The position numbers and the translations under genes were made by a program. Below are positions 14,995-31,717 of a stretch of DNA of 64,000 nucleotides, in pieces. The stretch covers positions 13,206,001-13,270,000 of the forward strand of contig OZ024753.1 in assembly GCA_964016885.1 (NCBI GenBank). The letters run 5' to 3'. Position 1 is the first letter of the stretch. Every line of letters starts with the position of its first letter. The notes beneath the pieces are model-generated. The model saw only the letters and a program-made list of their open reading frames with translations, was not told the origin of the DNA and made no database searches. The DNA is from Eledone cirrhosa. Taxonomy: Eukaryota.

Positions 14995-16200
14995 CTATAA
15001 TTCTTTCCTACAATCAGACCTAGACACAATGCTGCAGTGGATCACAGACAGGCAACTGAAGCTGGCTGTGGACAGGTTTACCACCATGCATTTGGGGAGG
15101 AAAAATCCAGCCTCCACATACTCCCTCCACAACACTGATATCAAGAAGTCCTCTTGTGAACGTGACCTAACCATTACTGTCAGCAGCGATTTGTGTTGGA
15201 CAATGCACATCTCTAAAATTGTCAAGAAGGCCGAGGGTGTCTTAGCATCACTCAGCAAGACCTTTGTTAGCCGCTCTCCAGCCATCTATTTAAAGCTGTA
15301 TACAGCTTTGGTACGGCCACACTTGAAATTCGCATCATCAGTCTGGAACACCTATCTTGCTCAGAACATTGACCTCCTGGAAACTGTTCAGAGACGTGCA
15401 ACCAATCGCATACCCTCCATCAGACACCTACCATACTCTGAACGCTTTGCTTCCCTGGGCATTGATTCATTCAAGCTCCAACGTCTGGCAATGGACTTGG
15501 TAAACACCAACAAAGTTATTAACCATCTCGCCAACAACAACCCTGAGAACCCTTTTAATCTCCATGTGTCTAACATACGTGGACATGCCTACAAGGTCAG
15601 AAAACAGCATAGCTCCCATGAATTTTCGGAAACATTTGTTCACGCTTAGAGTTGCTGAAGCATGGAACAAACTGCCTGCGTCAGTTGTTAGCTGCCGAGA
15701 CACGGCATCCTTTAAAACCTCCATGGAACAAACTGCCTGCGTCAGTTGTTAGCTGTCGAGACGCTGCATCCTTTAAAACCTCCATGGAATAAACTGCCTG
15801 CGTCAGTTGTTAGCTGCCGAGACACGGCATCCTTTAAAACCTCCATGGAACAAACTGCCTGCGTCAGTTGTTAGCTGCCGAGACACGGCATCCTTTAAAA
15901 CCTCCATGGAACAAACTTCCTGCGTCAGTTGTTAGTGTCGAGACACTGCATCCTTTAAAACCTCCATGGAACAAACTGCCTGCGTTAGTTGTTAGCTGCC
16001 GAGACACTGCATCCTTTAAAACCCTCATGCTTCCCGAAATTTGCCAAAACTACACCTGATGTCCTCCTTCCATACACATGCACACGTGTATATCATGACT
16101 CATGCACTGTTCATTTTCCTGACCTTTGTACATTACGCTATTTACTATACATACACTTTTGATGAGTTGTAGTGCACCTGAGCACTGTACACAACATGTT
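14995..16200 (+). mobile_element. CR1-like LINE 3' fragment with terminal 61-bp tandem array
   Basis: LQSDLD..ERDL..LYTALVRPHLKFASSVW..LETVQRRAT..RGHAYK; six 61-bp units at 15661-16025. Confidence 0.88.
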
Positions 16201-16557
16201 CATTATTATTATTATTTGAAATCCCGCCGAGGTTAACTTTGCCTTTCATCCTTACGGGGTCGATAAAGTAAAGTACCAGTAATGAACTGGGTAATTTGCT
16301 GGCCTTGTGCCAAAAGTAGAAACAATTATTATTTGAAAACAGCAAAAATCCAAAAAGTCACAACAGCAACAAAAACAACGTAATATATGAGTTTATCTTG
16401 TTTCTCGAGTAATCAAACTAGAATGGCTCTTCCAGCGCATCTCCCTTGCCATCCTCCGGGGAAAACGCCTTCTCCATTCTGTCCTCCGGCGCTGTGGGGC
16501 GGCCAGAACGTGTGACCCCATTTGCTCATTATACAGAGAGATTGGGAGGGCGAGAGA

Positions 16558-16776
16558 GATGGGAGCGATTACGGTGAGAGTTCGGCTCTTCCGTGTTCCG
16601 ACACATTGGGGCGAGACAGATGGGTGCGATTACGGTGGGAGTTCGGCTCTTCCGTGTTCCGACACATTGGGGCGAGACAGATGGGGGCGATTACGGTGGG
16701 AGTTCGGCTCTTCCGTGTTCCGACACATCGGGGCGATTACGGTGGGAGTTCAGCTCTTCCATGTACCGACACATTG
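16558..16776 (+). repeat. ~61-bp tandem repeat, 3-4 units
   Basis: Unit gatgggggcgattacggtgggagttcggctcttccgtgttccgacacattggggcgagaca. Confidence 0.85.
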
Positions 16777-16959
16777 CACCTATCAAGGGTGTATTTTCAT
16801 ACTTGTAACGAACATTGTGAATTCCTATTTATAGTTTGACTATACCAAACAACTTGTTCACTGTTATTCCTTCTCCAATAATAGCTACTAACAGACCTAT
16901 TAATAAAGGCGGATCAGAACCTTCTTCTGTTTGTCCTGTAAGGATAATAATAATTATTT

Positions 16960-17140
16960 CTACATTTGATACAAGGACAGCAGTTATCCCAGTGAATTGC
17001 TGGTACTTTATTTTATCGACTTCGTTAGGATGAAATGAAAGGCAATGTTAACCTCGGCGAGATTTCAACTCAATCTGTAACGGACCGTAACTCTATGCTG
17101 AAAAGCATGGCGTCCGACCCTCTACCGATACTGTTCGAAC
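16960..17140 (-). mobile_element. SINE (same family as 11101-11310), degenerate
   Basis: Reverse complement contains gagttgaaatctcgccgaggttaacattgcctttc..gtcgataaaataaagtaccag. Confidence 0.7.
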
Positions 17141-17315
17141 GCAACACAGGGTTTTCAAAAGAACTTGACGATATGTGACAAAATAGATAAGTTCCAGAGC
17201 TCTATAGCCGTAAAACTTGTGTCAAATATAAAAAAAAGCAAAGAGAGAGAGTATCTCCGCTCGTGGGCAAGACAATGATCTATACGTTTGTGTCCTTTAA
17301 ATAATAATAATAAAA

Positions 17316-17460
17316 ACTAGCAGAATGGCCTGGCGTTGCTCGGGATTTGCTCTAGGGTTCTTATATATTTAATATATATTTTTCCTTATCGAGCTTCGTG
17401 AAATAAATACTTTTGTTTATATTTTGTTATTGTGTATGCAAAAATATCTGTACACGAATA

Positions 17461-17547
<87 letters not shown>

Positions 17548-17946
17548 CAGGTTAAAGTTTAAGCAAAGAATCTTCTGAAAGTAAAAAAATCAATCTGTGA
17601 ACGCAGAAGTAAATATTTCGAAAAACGTTACACACTATATATAAATACACACACACTATTTATATATACATATATACTCACACACACACACACAGCTACG
17701 TCATAATGTCGTAATGCAGACAGCCAGCCATACAGACAGATATTATAAGGGCGCAACGTTATATCTATGTATCTATCTAAAAAGAAAGACTAAGAGAGAG
17801 AGAGATCGCTAAATCGCCTAATGCGGTCCCTGGGGCAGTGAACATTGAAAATTTTTTTTTTCTCAAGACACTCACAGGACCATAAGTATTACATGTGTAA
17901 AGTTTGAAAACAATCGGTTGGGTGGTTCTCGAGTTTTAGGGAGTTT

Positions 17947-17990
<44 letters not shown>

Positions 17991-18012
17991 TTTTCTGTTT
18001 CCGATATATAGA
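17316..18012 (+). mobile_element. Non-autonomous Helentron-associated (HINE/DINE-1-like) element
   Basis: 5' actagcagaatggcctggcgttgctcggga; aagtttgaaaacaatcgg core; (GACA)n; 3' atatatagat. Confidence 0.6.
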
Positions 18013-18059
18013 TAATGATGACGATGATGATGGTGGTGGTTGTCGTCGTCGTCTTCTTC

Positions 18060-19080
18060 TTCTTCTGTTATTAGTGACTGGTTGTGGTTTCCAAGGCACT
18101 AATGGGACATAGCGTCATACGTAGCACGTTGGCAGTGGCCAGTAAATAGGGATAGGAGAGCTTGTGCCCCATGTTATTAGTGGCTTATTTTGGTTTCCAA
18201 AGAATTAATGGGGACACAGCCTCATAGGTGGCACGATGGCAGTGGCCAGTAAATAGGGATAGGAGAGCTTGTGCCCCATGTTATTAGTGGCTTATTTTGG
18301 TTTCCAAAGAATTAATGGGGACACAGCCTCATAGGTGGCACGATGGCAGTGGCCAGTAAATAGGGATAGGAGAGCTTGTGCCCCATGTTATTAGTGGCTT
18401 ATTTTGGTTTCCAAAGAATTAATGCAGACACAGCCTCATAGGTGGCACGATGGCAGTGGCCAGTAAATAGGGATAGGAGAGCGTGTGCCCCATGTTATTA
18501 GTGGCTTATTTTGGTTTCCAAAGAATTAAAAGGGACACAGCCTCAGACGTGGAGCGATGGCAGTGGCCAGTAAATAGGGATAGGAGAGCTTGTGCCCCAT
18601 GTTATTAGTGGCTTATTTTGGTTTCAATGGGGACATTAATGGGGACACAGCCTCAGACCTGGCGCAATGGCAGTGGCCAGCAAATCTTACTCTCCTTTTA
18701 CGTACAGACAGACTTGCGTGGGAAGCCGGCATATATCTCTCTCAAAGTCAGATGTCGCCAGCTTATGTTCTGCATGTGTTGAAACAGGAGAGTGTAAGTG
18801 CCATCAAGGTGCTTTTGTTGTTTGAATGAAAGCGTCCATGTTTCATTTCCATATAGCAAGATTGGAAGAGCCTGATTTTGGTGTGGTTGGAAAGATTTGA
18901 TAAAGAGGAATAGGGCAAGCGAGTCACACTGGAGCACACCTGCTGAGATGTCAAAGAACTCTGTTGTTCCATCAGGGGTGATGATAGTGGTACTTGTGTT
19001 GAGATACAGAGCTGTAATTGCTACCACAAGTCTTGCTGGTATGCCATACAAGCGTAGAATTTCAAAACAGACTCTCTCTG
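18060..19080 (-). mobile_element. RTE-like LINE fragment with 107-bp tandem array (about 5 units, 18132-18670)
   Basis: FEILRLYGIP..TEFFDISAGVLQ.D.LALFLF; PILLYGNETWTL; RFAGHCHRA. Confidence 0.82.
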
Positions 19081-20134
19081 GGAATAAGATAAATAAGGGT
19101 CCCGGTGAAGGAAACAAACAAACATAGACCTATGGTGATTAATGTCTTTCACAAAATATTTTGGTAATTTGTGCTCACCTGAAAGACCCAAAATCGTTGC
19201 CCTACCCCTGAGAGGCATAGCTGAAAGACCCAAAATTGTTGTTGCCCTACCCTTGAGATGGAATTCCGAAAATGTTGCCCTACCCCAGAGATGGAATTCA
19301 CAGGAACAACATTTTTGTTACCAAAGCAAGGCACCTCGTCGCTAGGAACATAAACTAAGGGCCAGTGGATATTGTGTGTGTGTGCGGGCGCACATGCGTG
19401 TGCATGTGCGTGGGTGTGTGCGTTTTAGTTCTTGGGAGTGGGTGTGAGCGGGCGTTTATGTGTGATTGTGACAAGGTAAAGGGAAGGTGTGGTTATATTT
19501 CTTATTAATTAATTACCTATTTTGTCATGCTTTATATGATGTCTTAATTGTTTGTTTGTCTCAAAACGTATGATCTATACATGAAATAAATCGATAAAGT
19601 GCTTTCTGATAGCTCTTCCAATTAATCTCATTAATCTTGAAGTATATTGAGAAGTAAATATAAATGTATATTGTCGAGTATATATAAATGTATATTGTCG
19701 AGTATATATAATTGTATATTGTAAAATGTGTATAATTGTATGTGTACATATCAACATGCAAGACAGAGTATTGTGTAAATTATCTGATATCAGGACATGA
19801 AAATAATAACTCTTTAACTGTGTATATTTACACAGATGAAACTTTTTCAAAGTAGATTTTATCACCTCTCTACCTTAGCTTTTAGTGAATGGACTAATTA
19901 TGTGGAATATCTAGATTTCTGTATATTACACACGCACGGATATACACACACATACACAGAAAGTATACATAAATATATATATATATACATATGCATATAT
20001 ATACAGACAAATATATGTAGATACACATATATATACATACACACATATATATACACATATATTTACACACATATATATATACATATATATATATACACAC
20101 ATATACGTATATACACACACACACACACACACAC

Positions 20135-20183
<49 letters not shown>

Positions 20184-20623
20184 GTATACAGACATATATA
20201 TGCACATATATATATACACATATATATACACAAATACACATATATACACATACACACACACACATATATATACATATATATATACACACACACACACATA
20301 TATATACATATATACACACATATATATACACATATATATACATATATACACACATATATATATACACATATATATACATATACACAAACATATATATACA
20401 CACATATATATACGTATACACACACATATATATATATATACACACATATATATACATATATATAAACACACACATATATATATATACATATATACACACA
20501 CATATATATATACACACACATATATATATATATATATACACACATAAATGTGTGTATATATATATATATATATATATGGGAGGAGGTTATAGTTCACTTG
20601 AAGCATTGTGTAATGAGGTATAA

Positions 20624-20968
20624 ACGTTTGTATATGTATAATAAAGCCAAAACAACACAGGTATGGACATAGAATAAAGAATGCAAATGCAAAAGATATT
20701 GTTGACAATTAGTCTTTTACCTTAGATTTATTTAAATGTCCTTAATTTTCGAGATAATATCCCTTCTTCGGGGGGAAGTAAAGCGGTTAAACCAGTGTTC
20801 TAAATACCGCTTTACTTCCCTCCGAAGAAGAGATATTATCTCGAAAATTAAGGACATTTAAATAAATCTAAGGTAAAAACTAATTGTCAACAATATCTTT
20901 TGCATTTGCATTCTTTATTCTATGTCCATACCTGCATTGTTTTGGCTTTATTATACATATACAAACGT
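20624..20968. repeat. Long near-perfect inverted repeat (~164-bp arms, 18-bp spacer)
   Basis: 20624-20787 is the reverse complement of 20806-20968. Confidence 0.92.
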
Positions 20969-20994
20969 ATTTATATATATATATATATATATTT

Positions 20995-21304
20995 ATACAA
21001 AATATAAAACAATCACATTTTAATTTAATACATTTAATTGCTGACAATTGTTTCTTCAAGACAAATGTCCGATATCATAGGAGCATACACAACGTTTAAA
21101 CAAGTAATTATAATTCTGCTTTTCAATATGATGACACTGTTAATAGTAATGTATCTTTATGAATGTTCTGAGGATTAGGATTATAATTACTTGTTTAAAC
21201 ATTGTGTATCCTCCGAGGATCTCAGACATTTGCCTGGAAGAAACAATTGTCAGCAATTACGTTAAATGTATTAAACTCAAATTTGATTGTTTTATATTTT
21301 GTAT
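20995..21304. repeat. Imperfect inverted repeat (~125-bp arms); second copy at 54627-54945
   Basis: atacaaaatataaaacaatc...gtaattataat versus attataattac...gattgttttatattttgtat. Confidence 0.85.
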
Positions 21305-21389
21305 CTCGGCTCTGTAATACATTTGATCATTTACATTCAGTCTTTTCTCTTACTGGTAATTGGTTAGTGCTTAGTACTACCGTTTCATA

Positions 21390-24335
<2,946 letters not shown>

Positions 24336-24391
24336 ATTTAAAAAATAATGAATAAAACAATGAAACAGTTCCTTATATTAAACAAAAAAAG

Positions 24392-24548
24392 TTCATTATT
24401 TAACGATCGTTTCTAGGATATATATATGTGTTAGAATTGGCATGCATATTCAACAGATCTATGTACAAAATTATACAAAATTATACAAACTATCAAAATT
24501 AACTATACATACCCAACACATATATATGCCGTCTTCAGAAATAATGAA
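24392..24548 (-). ncRNA. Type I hammerhead ribozyme with a very long stem II
   Basis: Minus strand: ttcattattt-CTGAAGA-c-ggcatatatatgtgtt...aacacatatatatcc-ta-GAAA-cgatcgt-T-aaataatgaa; 10-bp stem I; palindromic stem III ACGATCGT. Confidence 0.7.
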
Positions 24549-25236
24549 ATATATTTATTGATAATAACAACAATTCAAAATTTCAGGTCCGTTTGGGAAC
24601 AGAGTTCAAATTGACCAATGAAAATACAAAAAATTTTATGCAGTTTGGTGTGTGTATATACATGTAATTAACTTCATACACATATTTACATAAAGATATA
24701 TGTTCACATGCATACGCATGCCAAAAAGATGTATGCAAATACAAAAATTCAAGGCTAATGTCTCTGTAAGTCTATAATCCACAGATAAAATGCGTATAGA
24801 CACACAAATATGAAACGAATGTATACACACATTCATATACTCACACATATTCGTACACTCACACCCTCACGCGCGTATATGCATAAACATACACATAACT
24901 ACGAACATACATACACACACACACCCCCACACACATATATATGTGCATATAGTATTATCATAAGCATATGGACATTAATGCACGCACATAAACACTGCCA
25001 CACATATTTAGATCAGGATACAGAAATTAGGTGGGAGGGGGGGAGAGGTCAGTAATCAACGGTTTCGGCAGGCTGCCTATTTATAGATGTATCTATAAAC
25101 TTAGAAATAAAAAGAAAAGAAAAAGAAAAAAGAAAAAAGAAATATATCAAGAAAATATATATATATATATATATATATGTTGATTTAAAACTGCACTATC
25201 AACAAGTGTTTTTTTAGCCTTCATATCATGTTCTCC

Positions 25237-25308
25237 TGTTTTATCTGATGAAAACACAAATATTATTGTTTGATGATGTTTGTTTTTGAAATGCGCATAA
25301 TAAAATAT
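25237..25308 (+). ncRNA. Minimal type I hammerhead ribozyme
   Basis: tgttttat-CTGATGA-aaac..gtttt-t-GAAA-tgcgcat-A-ataaaata; palindromic stem III ATGCGCAT. Confidence 0.8.
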
Positions 25309-25429
25309 ATTGAACTCCTTTAACCATCTTTTGATCTTATATTATGCATACTCCAGTCCCACAAATTGTAGAGTGCTTCTTATCCGATATCTGCATTGCT
25401 TTATTGTACTACAATAAAACTCACCTCCT

Positions 25430-26040
25430 ACATATATATATATATATATATATACATCCACACATACACACACACACACACATATATACATATACATATA
25501 TATATACACATATATACACACATATATATATACATACACATACATATACACATATATACACACACATATATACACACACATGTATATATATATATACACA
25601 CATATATATACACACACACATATATATAGAAACAAGTAAAATATAAAGTACACATCGATATACATACATATAGACATATAAATAAATACACACGCATACA
25701 CACACATACATATACATACATATACATACACATATATATAAACACATACATACACATACATATACATACACATACCATATAAATACACATACACATACAT
25801 AGACGCATACATATAGAGACACATACATATACACATATAAATACATAGACACATACACACATAAACACATATATATATATATATTTTTTTTTTTTTACAC
25901 ACATATACACATACACGCATACATATATATATATATATACACACACACATATATATATAATATATATATATATACATATATATATACACTCACAACACTC
26001 GTATATATATACACACTCATACATATACACACGTATACAT

Positions 26041-26093
<53 letters not shown>

Positions 26094-26312
26094 CATATAT
26101 ATACAGTCACACCTACATACATATATATATATAAATACACTCATATATATACACACATACACATATAAATATATATATATACATAAATATATATACATAT
26201 ATATATACATAAATATATATACATATATATATACATAAATATATATACATATACACACACACACACATACACATACACACATACACACATATATATATAT
26301 ATATATATATAC

Positions 26313-26357
<45 letters not shown>

Positions 26358-26448
26358 CACATACATACACATACATACACATATACACCCATACATATAT
26401 ACTCACACACACACACCTACACATACATACACATACACATATATAAAG

Positions 26449-26479
<31 letters not shown>

Positions 26480-26493
26480 TATATAATAAATAT

Positions 26494-26527
<34 letters not shown>

Positions 26528-26839
26528 ACATATACATACATATATACATACATACATACACATACATACATATATATACACACATATACATACACACATA
26601 CACTCATACATACATACACACACACATACATACACACACATACATACTCATACATAGACATAGATATATACCCACACACACATACGCACTTACATATACG
26701 CATATATACAAATACATACACATCCATATATGCGTATATACATACAAACACCACTACACGCTCACACAACTCAGACATACAAAGAAAAAGGTATATACAT
26801 ATACATATATACACATATAAATAGAGATACATATACACA

Positions 26840-26873
<34 letters not shown>

Positions 26874-26982
26874 CCCACACACACGTAGAACCATAAACAC
26901 ACATACAAACACATACATACACACATACATACATATATATACACACACACAAAGAAACACATACATATATATATCTATATAT

Positions 26983-27023
<41 letters not shown>

Positions 27024-27790
27024 TATACATACATACACATACACTCACACATATATAGACATGCACACACATACATACATACATACATACACATACACAT
27101 ACATATATATAAAAAAAAAAATAATAAAAAAAATAAAAAAAAAAAAAAAATTAATACACACAGTCAGACAAATATGCTCACACATACATATACATATATG
27201 TATATATATATATATACACACACACATACACACACACACATACATATACATACATACATACACACACACATATATATACATACATATACACACATCAACT
27301 ACAAATATACAATATATATATATATACACACACATATACATATTTTTACATATATACATATACATACATATATTATATTATAATAATAAATAATATATAT
27401 ATATATATATACATATAGACATACATATATATACACACACACACACTCACATATATATGCGCACATACGTACACATATACACATACACACATATACACAT
27501 AGACATATACATGTGCATACATGTACATACACACATATACCCACATAGATACAAAGATACACATATATATAGAGAGACATACATATACATACATATATAT
27601 ACACTCACATACATACTCACATACATATATATATACATACACATATACACACACATATACATACACATATATATATATATACACACAATCATACACCCTT
27701 ATTTGCATGCGCATATATGTATTTTTATACTTACAAATAAACACCCAAACATATATACACCTACCTACATATACATACATACATACACGC
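25430..27790. repeat. Degenerate (TA)/(CA)/(TACA) low-complexity tract
   Basis: Direct reading. Confidence 0.9.
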
Positions 27791-28043
27791 TTACAAATAC
27801 AAATAATAATAGTAGGGGGGGAAAGGGGGGGGGAGAAGGGGATTATAGTAAATATATGTTTCAAGAAACATAGAATATTAATCTGTATTTGGATCTCAAT
27901 ATGTGTTTACATAGTTTCAGTATTAGGAAATGCAAGAAAGAAGGCAAAATTATGCATTTCAATATAAGTATACCATTAATTATAGGTTAACTAAACTAAA
28001 GATAGTTAATATATTGATTTCTAAGGTGTAAATTACTTAGGTT

Positions 28044-28153
<110 letters not shown>

Positions 28154-28168
28154 AATATATATATATAA

Positions 28169-28249
<81 letters not shown>

Positions 28250-28254
28250 TGTAT

Positions 28255-28293
<39 letters not shown>

Positions 28294-28294
28294 A

Positions 28295-28325
<31 letters not shown>

Positions 28326-28352
28326 AATATGTATATATATATATATATATAA

Positions 28353-28383
<31 letters not shown>

Positions 28384-28430
28384 AATATGTATATATATAT
28401 ATATATAAATATGTATATATATATATATAA

Positions 28431-28461
<31 letters not shown>

Positions 28462-28467
28462 AATATG

Positions 28468-28500
<33 letters not shown>

Positions 28501-28517
28501 ATATATATATAAATATG

Positions 28518-28550
<33 letters not shown>

Positions 28551-28562
28551 ATATATATATAA

Positions 28563-28635
<73 letters not shown>

Positions 28636-28686
28636 TGTATATATATATATATATAAATATGTATATATATATATATATATATATAA

Positions 28687-28751
<65 letters not shown>

Positions 28752-28800
28752 AATATGTATATATATATATATATATATAAATATGTATATATATATATAC

Positions 28801-28831
<31 letters not shown>

Positions 28832-28832
28832 A

Positions 28833-28871
<39 letters not shown>

Positions 28872-29043
28872 TGTATATATATATATTGTTATACTTTGGG
28901 AGGGTCATGTTGCCAATAAGAAACACACGCACCAGTTGCTTTCACTTCAATTTAATTTAATATATATTTATAAATTTACAAATTTATAAATTTCTGGTTG
29001 GTTGGTTGGTTCCACAACCAGATAGTTGTTTATATATATATAT

Positions 29044-29088
29044 AGTCATAGTTCTTTCGTCACACACTCTGTGACCTCTTCAGTGACT
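29044..29088 (-). ncRNA. Minimal hammerhead ribozyme in the family 2 pLTR
   Basis: agtca-CTGAAGA-g-gtcac(agagtgt)gtgac-GAAA-gaact-A-tgact; stems I and II perfectly paired, very short stem III. Confidence 0.85.
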
Positions 29089-29385
29089 GGGGATTTCTTT
29101 CTTCGTTTCTGTGCCTTTCCTTTCTTCTATCCTACGCCATTTTGTATGTGTGTGGGTTGCGTGCTCAGTTTGCGCATGCGCCACATCCGGGTGTCTGTGT
29201 GTGTTTGTGTTCATTTTTCTATTTTTATATTTATATTTGTTTGTTTATTTATTTATTTATTGTTGGTTGGTTGTTTGTTCTATGTGTGTGTGTGTTTTCA
29301 TTTTGTCTTGTGTGTGTTTTCATTTTGTGTGTGTTTTCAATTGTAAGTTGTTTGTTCTATGTGTGTGTGTGTTTTCATTTTGTCC

Positions 29386-30935
29386 TTAATTGTAAGTTGT
29401 GATGTTGCTGTTCCACTCATATTTTCTATTTAATTTTGGTTTTAATTCTTTTATGCTTACTGCCTCTGTAATTTGCCTAAACATTGCGTCTTTCTTGTGT
29501 GTGGATTCTATTTTTATTTCTATGCTCTCTAATTTACCCCTGTGTTCTATCTTAGCATGTTGGTAGAGCACAGATGATTCTTTACTATCTTGGAGGTCTC
29601 GCCAGTGTTCATTTATTCGTTCCCCTATACTACGAGCTGTCTCACCTATGTACACTATATTTTTGTTTCTACATTGTCCTTCAGTACATCTTATGCTATA
29701 TACTACATTTCTAGTTTTACAGTTAATATGGGGGCTTATTTTACAGGTTATACATTTCTTATCTATACATGAGGGTCTTTGGAACGGGTATGTCTTGCTA
29801 ATAAGTGTTTTTACGGAGGTACCAGGTCTCTCTACTATCTTAATATTGAGATTATGTTTCTTTAGGGCCCTTCTAAATTTGTAGGCTAGTTCGCCTCTAG
29901 GGGTTGTATTGATGAACATTACACTCTGGTATTTATTGCTATCATACCATGAGTTTATTCTATTGGCCTTGTTCTTAGTTCTTTCTATTCTATTCCAAAA
30001 TTTGCTCCTATACAAGGGGCAGGTCCCATTTATGTCATTATTTACCATTTTTTCCCATTTGGTTCTGGCTCCTTTATACACTCTGATTCTATCTCTCTGA
30101 TTGTAGCCAGAGAACTGCATACGGTGGATGAAGTGTTGTATGTGTCTCTCTAGTTCTTCGGGGTTGCACATGCGGGACACATTTCTCATTACCCGTATCA
30201 AATCCGCAATCAGTATGTTGATTTTGGTATGGTCCGAAATGGCCGAGTTTCGGTGGATCAGATGTTTGGAAGTCATGGGTTTGGCATAATGGGAATGGAG
30301 GATTTGTTTTTGGTTGTTAATAGTATCTAACCAGAGCTCTGTGTCTAGTACAGGTAATCGATGGTTGGGGTGTCTACTTGGGTAGTCTATAGTAACTCTA
30401 ATGCTCTGGTGGATGGAGTTTGCTATTTGCTGGATGCTTTCCATTGTGTTTTTCTCTGGTTCCTGACTGTTCTTTAGTGGGGGGTGTCTTAACTACGATG
30501 TTTATATCATCTACGTAGCGGGAGTACATTATCAGGGTTAAGCTGTCTTCTAATTGTTCTTTAAGTTTTTGTTTAAGTCTACTGTCCCACCATACCATGA
30601 ACAAGTTAGCTATGTCGCCTGCAATGCTAACACCAATGGCTGCTCCTTCCTCTTGGGCATATGTTTTACCATTAAATTTGAACATATGTTCCTTAAGGGT
30701 TAATTTTATGCTGGCCCCTACCGCATGTGCAATCATTTTCTTCAGTTCATCGTGGTTTTCGGGTGTCCGTATGGCTCTGGTCCACCCGTTCCATCTATCT
30801 GTGTGGGTTTTCTTGGCCATTGAGGTAATGGTAGGTGGTCTGCCTCTTGCTGGTCTTGTAGGGCACAGGTTGCTAAGGTCATAAGTGTCTAGGTAACTAT
30901 TACTATGGGTAAGCTTAAGTAGAAGTCCCAGCTCG
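29386..30935 (-). pseudogene. PLE RT + GIY-YIG remnant, one frameshift
   Basis: QEEGAAIG..YSRYVDD, LPVLD, NVVYSIRC..YIGETAR; a +1 base in the G run at 30479-30484 separates the two listed ORFs (possible sequencing error). Confidence 0.9.
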
Positions 30936-31182
30936 GTCACAGAGTGTGTGACGAAAGAACTATGACTATATATATATATAAACAACTATCTGGTTGTGGA
31001 ACCAACCAACCAACCAGAAATTTATAAATTTGTAAATTTATAAATATATATTAAATTAAATTGAAGTGAAAGCAACTGGTGCGTGTGTTTCTTATTGGCA
31101 ACATGACCCTCCCAAAGTATAACAATATCGGTTTCAACACACGATTTCAGATAAAGAATCTTGCTAAACAAATTCAGAAACG

Positions 31183-31251
<69 letters not shown>

Positions 31252-31252
31252 A

Positions 31253-31313
<61 letters not shown>

Positions 31314-31314
31314 A

Positions 31315-31647
<333 letters not shown>

Positions 31648-31717
31648 TGTATATATATATATATATAAATATGTATATATATATATATATATATAAATAT
31701 GTATATATATATATATA

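Larger units (their letters stand above)
28886..31185 (-). mobile_element. 5'-truncated Penelope-like element (family 2) with inverted 5' pLTR
   Basis: RT-EN remnant 29386-30935; 3' pLTR 28886-29385 ends in ATGACCCTCCCAAAGTATAACAATAT; 30936-31128 is an inverted copy of 28886-29076; both ends abut (TA)n. Confidence 0.9.
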
